This document shows positions 12,139 to 20,719 of a DNA stretch of 64,000 bases, piece after piece. This stretch comes from an uncultured delta proteobacterium (GTDB taxonomy: Bacteria; Desulfobacterota; Binatia; UBA9968). The stretch is from assembly GCA_963737905.1 (NCBI GenBank), contig CAVTUQ010000022.1:32001-96000 (forward strand), read 5' to 3'. Both the position numbers and the translations under genes were made by a program. Under the pieces are notes generated by a model, which ran no database searches, had not been told where the DNA came from, and worked only from the letters and a program-made list of their open reading frames with translations. The stretch's first letter is position 1. Every line of letters starts with the position of its first letter.

Positions 12139-13131
12139 ATGATGAATCGCAGGGAGTTTATCAAAGTTTCGGCTGCAGCGTCGCTCGCCTCTCTTGTCGG
12201 GTGCCGGCCATCAGTTCGTTGGGACCGAGATGCTTATCGGAAACCAGCGATTTCTCGGATCGCGATTCTGGAGGCCAGGAGTTATCAAGCTTCGCTGGAG
12301 GATATTATTCTTCGTGGAATCCAGTTGTTCAAGCTTGATCTAAAGGGGAAACGAATCGTACTGAAACCGAACTTGGTCGAGTTTGACCCCAAGGGCGTAA
12401 TTAACACCCATCCCGCGGTGATCGAAGCGGCCATAGGTTCGTTCAGAAGCTTGGGCGCCCGGGAGGTTGTGGTCGCCGAGGGACCCGGCCATCGTCGTGA
12501 CAGCGAGTACCTCCTAACGGCTTCGGGGATTTATGATGTGATCAACGAACACAGAGTTCGCTATGTGGATCTCAATACGGACGATGTGCGTCGCACGAAA
12601 CTGCGTAGTAATTTTACCAACCTGAGGGAATTATATCTTCCCGAAACGTTGTTCAATGCGGATTTGCTGGTTTCGATGCCGAAGTTAAAAACCCATCACT
12701 GGGCCGGTGTGACTCTTTCCCTAAAGAACATGTTCGGCGTTGTTCCCGGGTCGGTCTATGGGTGGCCAAAGAACGCGCTCCATTGGGCAGGTATTCACGG
12801 CAGCATCTTAGACATTAATAGTTCATTACCGATTCCGCAATTTGCCATTGTCGATGGGATTGTTGGAATGGAGGGGAATGGGCCACTCCAGGGACAAGCC
12901 AAACAGAGCGGCGTCCTGATCCTAGGTGATGACTTGGTTGCTGTAGATGCCACGGCGGCGAGGATCATGAAGATCGAACCGAGAAAAATCGAGTACCTCG
13001 AGATGGCTGACCGATTTCTGGGAAACATCCGTCACGAGAAAATCGAACAAGCGGGCGAACGATTGGAGCGATTTCAGCAGGACTACCGCGTTATCGAGAA
13101 CTTTCAGGAGCTCAAGGTACTGACAGGATAA
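12139..13131 (+). CDS. DUF362 protein with Tat (lipo)protein signal
   Basis: MNRREFIK..SLVGC; LKPN, THP, PKLKTH, TLSLKNMFG, DGIVGMEGNGP. Confidence 0.88.
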   Translation: MMNRREFIKVSAAASLASLVGCRPSVRWDRDAYRKPAISRIAILEARSYQASLEDIILRGIQLFKLDLKGKRIVLKPNLVEFDPKGVINTHPAVIEAAIGSFRSLGAREVVVAEGPGHRRDSEYLLTASGIYDVINEHRVRYVDLNTDDVRRTKLRSNFTNLRELYLPETLFNADLLVSMPKLKTHHWAGVTLSLKNMFGVVPGSVYGWPKNALHWAGIHGSILDINSSLPIPQFAIVDGIVGMEGNGPLQGQAKQSGVLILGDDLVAVDATAARIMKIEPRKIEYLEMADRFLGNIRHEKIEQAGERLERFQQDYRVIENFQELKVLTG

Positions 13132-13158
13132 GGATTAAGAATTACTGAAGGGCTACGG

Positions 13159-13196
13159 AAAGAAAAGAGCCGGATAAAAGTCCGGCTCTTTTCTTT
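13159..13196. terminator. Bidirectional rho-independent terminator
   Basis: Perfect 16-bp inverted repeat AAAGAAAAGAGCCGGA-taaaag-TCCGGCTCTTTTCTTT between convergent operons. Confidence 0.9.
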
Positions 13197-13219
13197 TGGC
13201 CTTTCCTACAAAGGAAGGA

Positions 13220-14640
13220 CTAACCGGCCTGGTCGTCGGATGGTATCATCAGTTTTTGCCCGATGTAGATGTAATGTGGGTTCTTCACAGAATCCCTATT
13301 GGCATCGTAGATCTTTTCCCACTTGTACGGCGAATTGTAGAAGCGTTCAGACAGTTTGCTGAGAGTATCGCCCGCCTTTACCGTATACTCCTGGGATGCT
13401 GGACTTGTTGCCTTGGCGGTAACGGGAGTTGCTGCCGACCTTTCAGTCGAAAACGGAATCTGTTTGGCAACCGGCTTTGCTTTTTCCTCCGCTGTGACGG
13501 CCTTGCCTTTGGCTTCCGCCGGGAGCGGCTTTTTCTTTGACTATCTCTGGGGCGGGTAGGGGCTCGGGGCGTGACGGTGCCGCCTTTGCTACCGCAGCGG
13601 ACTTGTACAACCGATCTATGAATCCAGAGCTGTCCAGCTCTTTTATGAAAGTAAGATCTACGAACTGCTCAGGCTTGGCTGACCGGGCATTGGGGTCTTT
13701 GACCCCTAGCTCACGCAGGATGATTTGAATACCCTTGAGAGTGGGGTAAGGTTTCTCTGGAACCAGGTTGAGCGCAATAGAGTCGTAAGTGTCATCCAAT
13801 ATGTCCTTATCATCGGTCCGGAGATATTTGGTGAGAATCTCCAATGTTTCTCTGCGATGGGTTTTAGCGTAGTGGATTCCCTCAACATAGGCTCGCATGA
13901 AATCGCGAACGAGCTCCGGTTTCGATTTGATCAGCGATCTGGTCGTTGCTATGCCGGTATGTTGATATTCGAGGCCGAGCATCTGGAGGTCGGCTAACAT
14001 TGGATACCCCAATTTCTTGGCTCTGAGGGTCGTGGGCGCCGAGAGCATCGCCCCTTGTATTTTTCCTGCTTCCAGCGCTGCCAACAATGCCGGAACGTTT
14101 CCGAGTTGGAGAATGGTTAGATCCTTATTGGGGTCAAGGCCATATTTCTCCAATGCGTAACGCATCGCAAAATCTGTCGATGATCCAAAGCGAGTGACGC
14201 CAACAGTTTTACCTTTGAATTGGTCAGGCCGGCTTATGCTTTTGTCCGTATACAACTGGAAAGTGAGGGTGTTAATCACGCCGGCAATCATCACTGCGTC
14301 GGCGCCGCGCAGATTGCTTTGCATGATCGCGGCGCCTGCCATATGCGCGAAGCTCACGTCTCCGGCGATCAACGATTGCGCGGACGTACTTCCCGATTCA
14401 ATCAAGACTGGACTGGACGTCCAAGCCGTATTTTTTGAAAAACCCTCTTCTCTTGCGTGACCCAAAGGGGGGCGTTGTTACCGGATATCGAGCTGTATGC
14501 AACCATGACTTTTTGTAGGGGGACCGTTCCCGCTTTATCCGCAGCCGCCAAATTGCGCGACATCCGGCGATCGTGAGCGCGAAAAAGAATAGCAACGCCA
14601 AGATCAAGAGCCCGGGTTTCATCTGCAAAGTTGGGTTCAT
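13220..14640 (-). CDS. NMT1/SsuA-type substrate-binding protein fused through a Pro/Ala/Lys linker to a C-terminal LysM domain (frameshifts near 14560-14430 and 13515)
   Basis: Signal peptide from 14640 with RBS AGGAG; binding-protein motifs GFFKKYGLDV and GVTRFGSSTDF; manual translation of 13515-13220 gives EYTVKAGDTLSKLSERFYNSPYKWEKIYDANRDSVKNPHYIYIGQKLMIP. Confidence 0.85.
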
Positions 14641-14754
14641 TTTCTCTCCTTCAAAGGGCTAACCGCGATTGGGTTTTTGATTCTGTTGACGGTTTAAACT
14701 CCGCCGAGCCTATCATCGTTGATCTCCTTGTTTCAAACCCAACAACAGATTGTC

Positions 14755-15540
14755 TCAAGCCCGATTGAGACGAGCCATGGCTGCCTTCAAGCTGGCCCTC
14801 ATTCGTTCGAGGGAACGTGCGAGTTCACCAATCTCATCGTTGGATTGAAAAGAAACGGGCGTATCCAACTGCCCCCTGCTTATGTCGTCGGCGATCGACT
14901 TCAATTCTAATAGGGGACGAATCGTTTTGCTCGCAATCATGGTTGAAATCGCTATGCCGATGGCGAGGCAAAGCGCGATTAGGCCAACTATAGTGAGCAA
15001 AGTACCGCGAACATCCTGTTGCACCGTTTCGGCCCAAAGTCCCACGTGAACGGCTCCTAATTGGCCATCGAGAAGCGGAGCCTGCGTTTCGTAAACCGAC
15101 TGACCACGCACGCTGGTTGTTCGTGCTTTAAACGTACGCTGATCCGCCGTAGCGCCGGTTTCTTTCAATTCTGCTGGAAAGGGTTGAAGACTGGTGGCGA
15201 CAATCTCGCCTTTGGGATCTTGAATGTAGGCATATGCCACTCCGTCCAGTCGCCCATATTTGGCAATTAGTGCGTCCAGTTCCAGAGCGTTCTTTCGTGA
15301 CACATAACCGGCCGCAGCATCACTTAGGTTCGCGGCAATGGCCGCTGAACGTAGATCGACTTGCCTTTGGAGTGCATTCCCAGTCAGGTAATACACGATT
15401 CCTATAACGCAGAGACCCAAGAGCAGGATAAGGCCACCGAAAGCGGTCACAAACTTCCACCTGAGACTGCTTCCCTGCCAGCCGGGGCTTGCGGGCGTAG
15501 CTACTTTCGTACTTTCCAAAGAAAGGGATTCCTGTGGCAT
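14755..15540 (-). CDS. Membrane sensor: TM, periplasmic Cache-like domain, TM, HAMP, with no output domain
   Basis: Two TM helices; HAMP IRPLLELKSIADDISRGQLD..NDEIGELARSLERM, then a stop. Confidence 0.88.
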   Translation of the reverse strand: MPQESLSLESTKVATPASPGWQGSSLRWKFVTAFGGLILLLGLCVIGIVYYLTGNALQRQVDLRSAAIAANLSDAAAGYVSRKNALELDALIAKYGRLDGVAYAYIQDPKGEIVATSLQPFPAELKETGATADQRTFKARTTSVRGQSVYETQAPLLDGQLGAVHVGLWAETVQQDVRGTLLTIVGLIALCLAIGIAISTMIASKTIRPLLELKSIADDISRGQLDTPVSFQSNDEIGELARSLERMRASLKAAMARLNRA

Positions 15541-15560
15541 GCCGCCTCCTGTAAAACAGG

Positions 15561-16355
15561 TTAGAATTTCTTGAAATTGGAAATCTCTTGAAGCATGGAT
15601 TCTTCAACCTTCTGCCTCAGCTTCCCGTCAGAAATCTCTTTGCTGATTAGGCCGATTAAGTCGTCCAGCTTGGCTTCGGGGAAATTGTCTTGAGACTCTC
15701 CCAGACTATCGATCTGATCTCGCAGTACCAACGGGGCCATGGGACCCATGGCTTCCGTGAGGATGCTCGTGAGCCGATCAAACAAAGCAGGGGGGACGAT
15801 ATCGGTCCGGGTTTTAGAAGAAGGGTTGACAATTTCCACCAAACCAGACTTGTGGAGGTTGAAGATAACTTTTGCTGTGTAGGCGAACGGTATACGTAGA
15901 AGCTCGGCTATATCCTGTACGGTTCGCGAGCCATCGATCTTGCTCAACACTCGCCACCCAACATAGGGCACGGTAATAGGGCCACTTTGTGCCTCGCCAG
16001 GATCGGCAATCCGAAAGACAGCTTTTCCTGAGGGGATGACTTCCAATATGGTCTCCCACTCTCGGCTCATAGCCTTCACTTCGTCGAGAATTTCGGCTGA
16101 CGTTTTTTTAATGGTGGTAATGGGAACAGTCCCATTTGGCATTAAAGTAAAGACCCCCTCGCCCCACGTCACGGGATACAGCAGCGCCTTCTCGCCCTCG
16201 CCAATAGGGCAGGTAGCATGGATGATGTTACCCTCGGCAATATATACTTCGACTGTCTCTTTGCCGCGAGAGAGTTTCAGAACGCCTGACTTTTTGCCGC
16301 CGGTGGCGAGAAGTAGGATGTCGTTGAGGCTAATCTGCGCTAAATTGCCTTGCAT
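15561..16355 (-). CDS. DUF4388/PATAN-like protein with winged helix and C-terminal helical domain
   Basis: MQGNLAQISLNDIL..KKSGVLKL..EGNIIHA..GEKAL..WGEGVF; wHTH WRVLSKIDGSRTVQDIA. Confidence 0.85.
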   Translation of the reverse strand: MQGNLAQISLNDILLLATGGKKSGVLKLSRGKETVEVYIAEGNIIHATCPIGEGEKALLYPVTWGEGVFTLMPNGTVPITTIKKTSAEILDEVKAMSREWETILEVIPSGKAVFRIADPGEAQSGPITVPYVGWRVLSKIDGSRTVQDIAELLRIPFAYTAKVIFNLHKSGLVEIVNPSSKTRTDIVPPALFDRLTSILTEAMGPMAPLVLRDQIDSLGESQDNFPEAKLDDLIGLISKEISDGKLRQKVEESMLQEISNFKKF

Positions 16356-16389
16356 ACGGATAACTCACTAGGAAATGATGAGCTATTCA

Positions 16390-16716
16390 TTACCGATCTT
16401 CCAGAGATCGGCGCGCGTTCGTGCCACTGGGCGTCTTTTTAATTTGGTCAACCACATCGTCGTGACCATTGAGCGCGGTCTTGAGCGTCTTGATAACGGC
16501 AAGACTCTTGCTGATTCCGACCATTTGCTCAAGGGTCGATTTGATCTGGCTCTGTAACAGGTCGACCTCCTCCGAAGAAATACTTTGGAGTTGGGACTGG
16601 AGTTCATCATAGAGCCGGGTGATGCTATCGATCTGTCCTAGGGACTCCGTTTTTTGAGTGATTTCCTCATAGAGCCGGGAGATGTCCTCGGTTAGATTTT
16701 GCAATTCATTTTTCAT
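16390..16716 (-). CDS. Small coiled-coil hypothetical protein
   Basis: 108 aa, heptad-rich, internal repeat ISRLYEE/ITRLYDE; tightly packed in the operon. Confidence 0.75.
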   Translation of the reverse strand: MKNELQNLTEDISRLYEEITQKTESLGQIDSITRLYDELQSQLQSISSEEVDLLQSQIKSTLEQMVGISKSLAVIKTLKTALNGHDDVVDQIKKTPSGTNARRSLEDR

Positions 16717-16734
16717 AGAGTTGACCAGCCTTCT

Positions 16735-18357
16735 TTATTTTGTTTTTTTTTCTGACGCTTTGTCGGCAGGATTGTGCGATAGACCCGCTTCAACCGTTTT
16801 GGGTTTGTCAACACTTGAGACGGAGGGTGCTGAAAGAGTTTCTCCTATGTTGGTTTCGCCAGTCGGAGATGCCTTCTTCGATGTCGTCTCCGAGGAGTTT
16901 GAGGATGGCGACGCTGAAGAGGCGCTGACGGGTACAGCAGACTTGGAGGAGGAGAAAAAATAGAATCCCGAAAAAATCAGAGTCAGCAGTAGGAATGCGG
17001 CAACCACCCCCGTCTTTAGATTGAGCGGACTTTGCCTAGAATAAAGATCGTACTCCCCGTAGTCCTTTATGAGCTTTTTGAGCTTCCGATCGAGTTCTCC
17101 GTCTTTTCGTTGTGAGGGAAGGTTCGGTTGAGTCGGCAGATGTACTGTCGCCGATGCGTTAACTTGCGGTGTGGCCGTTGAAGGTTCGAGTCCTGGCTGT
17201 TTCTTGGCTTCAGCTCTTGAGGTTGAATTTGGCAAGATAGTGAATTCGCCGTAATCTTTTATGAGATCATCTAGGAGCCGTTGGTCAAAGTTTGCTTCTT
17301 CGGAAGTGGCCATGTGCGTTTGACCCGTAGTTTCCACTGTTTCTGTCTCCGAAACGGCTGGGTGCACTTCCATTTCTACGGTACCTTTGAATTCTTCAAA
17401 AATGGCTTCATGACTCGGTGATGACTCGTTGCGCGTATCGGCAAATTCAGCGATTATTTCCCGTGGCTGGAGTGATGTTGTGCTATCGTCAAAGAAAATC
17501 GTGTCGGTCGCCTTGTCTGAGAAGGGTTCATTGGGCTCAAAGTCGATTTCTGTCGAAGCCGGATGAAGAATGGCCTCAGTTTGCTCTAGATCCTCACTCG
17601 TAAGATTGGCAGGAGTTTCGCTCGTAAATCTCTCGGGTAACTCGTACTCAATTTTCGGCAAGTCTGCTGCTAGCTCTTGATCGCTAGTAGGCGTTTCTGG
17701 GAGCGTCTCAACAGGTTTCGGAAAAACAGGCTCAATGTCTATTGCCGGAGCCGGATGGAGAACCACCTCAGATTCATCTGGAGCTTCACGGATCGCGACA
17801 ACACCAGTTTCGCGCGCAGATCTCTCTGGTAAGGCGTGCTCGATTTCCGGCAAGTCTGCTAGCTCTTGTTCGTTCGTCGGGGACTGAGGGATGATCGCAG
17901 CAGGCTTGGGAACAATAGGAGTCCAGGCCGGCGTATTGGCAAACGGTAATACTTCCGGGACGCTCTTGGCTTCTTTGATCAAATTGATGATGCGCCGGAA
18001 TTTCAACAGGGTCCCCACCTGGGCTATAGAATGAACCGCTATGGGTTCAACCAGCGTGGTGAGCCTGCCCTGTTCCAAACTCTGCGCCTCCACCAGTTGC
18101 ACTGTCTTTTTTAGTCGGCTCATTCGCTGTTTGATTTCGGTCAGCGCCCTGAGCCGTCGTTGCATCTCGCCCAGCCCCAGGGACATTGTTTGCAATCTTT
18201 GATCAATCTGGGAGACTTGTTCAAGGGTAAAGCCTTCCACACGTTCACGAAGGCCTTCGATGGAGTTGACCACCTTGTCAATGGACCGTGTGGTCGGCGT
18301 ACGTTGTGGCAAGGACTGGGTCTCAAGCGGATTTTTTTCTTTTTGGGCCGTGAGCAT
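16735..18357 (-). CDS. Hypothetical protein: N-terminal coiled coil, acidic Pro-rich repeat linker, C-terminal TM
   Basis: 540-aa ORF; TM VVAAFLLLTLIFSGFYFF; repeated LIKDYGE motif. Confidence 0.8.
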   Translation of the reverse strand: MLTAQKEKNPLETQSLPQRTPTTRSIDKVVNSIEGLRERVEGFTLEQVSQIDQRLQTMSLGLGEMQRRLRALTEIKQRMSRLKKTVQLVEAQSLEQGRLTTLVEPIAVHSIAQVGTLLKFRRIINLIKEAKSVPEVLPFANTPAWTPIVPKPAAIIPQSPTNEQELADLPEIEHALPERSARETGVVAIREAPDESEVVLHPAPAIDIEPVFPKPVETLPETPTSDQELAADLPKIEYELPERFTSETPANLTSEDLEQTEAILHPASTEIDFEPNEPFSDKATDTIFFDDSTTSLQPREIIAEFADTRNESSPSHEAIFEEFKGTVEMEVHPAVSETETVETTGQTHMATSEEANFDQRLLDDLIKDYGEFTILPNSTSRAEAKKQPGLEPSTATPQVNASATVHLPTQPNLPSQRKDGELDRKLKKLIKDYGEYDLYSRQSPLNLKTGVVAAFLLLTLIFSGFYFFSSSKSAVPVSASSASPSSNSSETTSKKASPTGETNIGETLSAPSVSSVDKPKTVEAGLSHNPADKASEKKTK

Positions 18358-18430
18358 AACGCCAAATCTTTATGCGGAAAACTAGTACCTGTGTAGAAAC
18401 GGGTGGTTACTCTAAAGTAATGAGGTGGGA

Positions 18431-18447
18431 AGCAAAATAGTTGCCAG
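18431..18447 (-). promoter_or_regulatory. sigma54 (-24/-12) promoter
   Basis: Minus strand CTGGCAACTATTTTGCT = GG-N10-GC, about 75 nt upstream of ATG 18357. Confidence 0.75.
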
Positions 18448-18529
18448 CGTAATGATGTGGAAAAGGTTCGTGATTTCAGCAACCTAAGGACAGGTTTTTC
18501 CTCAAATTGCTAGATTATTCCCACAACTC

Positions 18530-18544
18530 TGTTCATCTTGAACA
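18530..18544. promoter_or_regulatory. Candidate upstream activator site for a sigma54 activator
   Basis: Palindrome TGTTCA-tct-TGAACA about 85-100 nt upstream of the -24 element in an AT-rich intergenic region. Confidence 0.45.
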
Positions 18545-18602
18545 AAATTGTACATAGAGGCTTAATTTGCATAACTTTAAAAGGTAAAATCTATCATTAG
18601 GA

Positions 18603-19399
18603 TCAACGTGGACCCAGGATCAATAGCCGGCGTCGCGCATCCAGAGAAACATGAAAATGTTTTAGGAAATCCAAGCCCAGCAAGCCCTCAATGCGCGGGT
18701 CTGTTGAAAAATCGTGAATGGACACGACCAGATCATGAACCTCAGCGTCACCTACCTTGAGAGATCCCAATCGGGCCAGCGGCACGGTAATAACGCCCCC
18801 CACCGTTCCCACCTTACTTGCCCCTAGCGCGCTCAGAGCTAGGTTGCTTGCGATGCGACGAGACACAACTGTAATCGTGGCCCCGGTATCCAACGCCAAG
18901 CTGGCCTTTAGAGCACCATTGAACGTGACGGGAACAATGACCGAAGCACCATTCATTACGACCGGTACGGCAATCGTATTCGTTCCGGAACTTCCGGCGG
19001 GTGATGACGGGACAATGACTTGATAGAGGCAACGAGGGCTCTGCTGGAAGCGACTTAAAAAACTTTTCGAGTTTTCTCGATTCGTCAGTATCGCTCTGTT
19101 TCATCCACCCAACCGTACCGTTCTTCGCTTTAACCAAGTACCACCGTGCGCTTCCTCCACCCAAGGTATTCGCCAAGGGAGAGATCTCGTCGCCCTTCTT
19201 GAGGATTGCGACCACGGCTGAAGACTCATCGGGATCCGTGAACAGTTCTATTTCCCCCACGGTGGGAAGGCGGACCGTGGCAGCCGGTGACTGTTTACAA
19301 ACAGAGCATAGTACGAAAGCAGTAAAGATCAGGGCCGCTTTGAGCTTCGTAAAGGTCGTCTCCGCAGAATGTTTTTTTGAACGGACCGAGCAATTTCAA
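18603..19399 (-). CDS. Exported SH3-like plus retropepsin-type aspartyl protease (frameshifted; start approximate)
   Basis: ALDTGATITVVS and GLLGLDFL motifs; N-terminal part WYLVKAKNGTVGWMK; hydrophobic leader KLKAALIFTAFVLC. Confidence 0.8.
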
Positions 19400-20700
19400 T
19401 GTGGCTCGGAGCGCCCGGCGTCAGCTTGGGAGAGGGAGAACTTTTCGATTTTCCTATACAGTGTCCGCGTGGATATGCCGAGCGCCTCGGCGGCCTTCGC
19501 CTTGTTGCCGTTGGTTTGACGCAGTGCCTCCTCAATGAGATTTTTCTCGCCCTCCTCGATGTTGCGAATGGCTTTTGTCCCAATTTCCTCACGGTGCCCA
19601 GTGGCGTAGTTCTGTAAGTTCATTGGGAGATCGCTCAGCGTGATGTAATCGCCGTCCGAAACCATCACCGCACTTTCAACAACGCTTCTAAGTTCGCGAA
19701 TGTTTCCCGGCCAGGGATAATCCAGGAATAGGGCCTTGGCGGAACTGCTGACTTTCTTTAATGGCTTGCGAAACTGGCTACAGGCTTGGTAGACAAAATT
19801 GGCCACGAGTAAAATGATATCCTCTCGCCTGTCGTGCAAAGGTGGGAGGATAATTCGCGCACTATTGAGACGAAAATACAAGTCTTTTCTAAAGCCATTA
19901 TTCTGGATCGCCGCATCCAGTTCTTTGTTAGTTGCTGCGATAATTCGAACATCGCTGGTCTTGGGTGTGGATTCACCTACCTTGTAGAATTCACGCGTTT
20001 CGAGAAAGCGTAAAAGTTTGAGCTGGATAGCTGGGGCGAGATCACCTATCTCGTCTAGAAATAGTGTTCCCCCTTCCGCGGCTTCAACAAAGCCTTTCTT
20101 GTTTCGATCGGCTCCAGTGAACGCACCCTTCACATACCCAAAAAGCTCGCTTTCAACTAGCGTCTCGGGAATGGCTGTCATATTGCAACCCACAAAGGGT
20201 TTATCGGCACGTGGTCCCAAAGAATGAATGTACTGAGCCATCACTTCCTTCCCGGTTCCTGTTTCGCCTGTCACGAGAACCGTGATGTCGTGCATGGCAT
20301 AACGGTTTGCGAGGTTCAGAACCTCGTGGAATTGTGGCGTTTCCCCGATCATCAAAGGTGTTTTGACGGAATGGGGAGATTTGACATCGCCGGAATCCGC
20401 AGCGTGACCGAGCAGGTTACAAAGAGGACGGGAATGTTTAGGATGGTAACAAACAACTGTTATTTCCGATGGTGTCGTACGTATCCGATCGAGGAAACTT
20501 CCCCAGATCGTGCCTTGGCAAAGCGTAACGTCGATCAATACAAACTTAATTTGGTCGGCGGGAAAAGCCGAAAATACCCGCTCGGCTTCGTCGACAGTTC
20601 GGCTCAAATGGACAGAGAAATCGCGGGCCTCCAGCTGCTTGGCAATCGGAGCGGGAGGAGATTCTACGGACTGAATAATCAGCGCGAAAGACTTTGGCAT
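19396..20700 (-). CDS. sigma54-dependent enhancer-binding protein (degenerate receiver, AAA+, Fis HTH)
   Basis: [45 protein letters not shown]. Confidence 0.95.
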   Translation of the reverse strand: MPKSFALIIQSVESPPAPIAKQLEARDFSVHLSRTVDEAERVFSAFPADQIKFVLIDVTLCQGTIWGSFLDRIRTTPSEITVVCYHPKHSRPLCNLLGHAADSGDVKSPHSVKTPLMIGETPQFHEVLNLANRYAMHDITVLVTGETGTGKEVMAQYIHSLGPRADKPFVGCNMTAIPETLVESELFGYVKGAFTGADRNKKGFVEAAEGGTLFLDEIGDLAPAIQLKLLRFLETREFYKVGESTPKTSDVRIIAATNKELDAAIQNNGFRKDLYFRLNSARIILPPLHDRREDIILLVANFVYQACSQFRKPLKKVSSSAKALFLDYPWPGNIRELRSVVESAVMVSDGDYITLSDLPMNLQNYATGHREEIGTKAIRNIEEGEKNLIEEALRQTNGNKAKAAEALGISTRTLYRKIEKFSLSQADAGRSEPH

Positions 20701-20719
20701 CCAAAAACCACTCTCGTTA

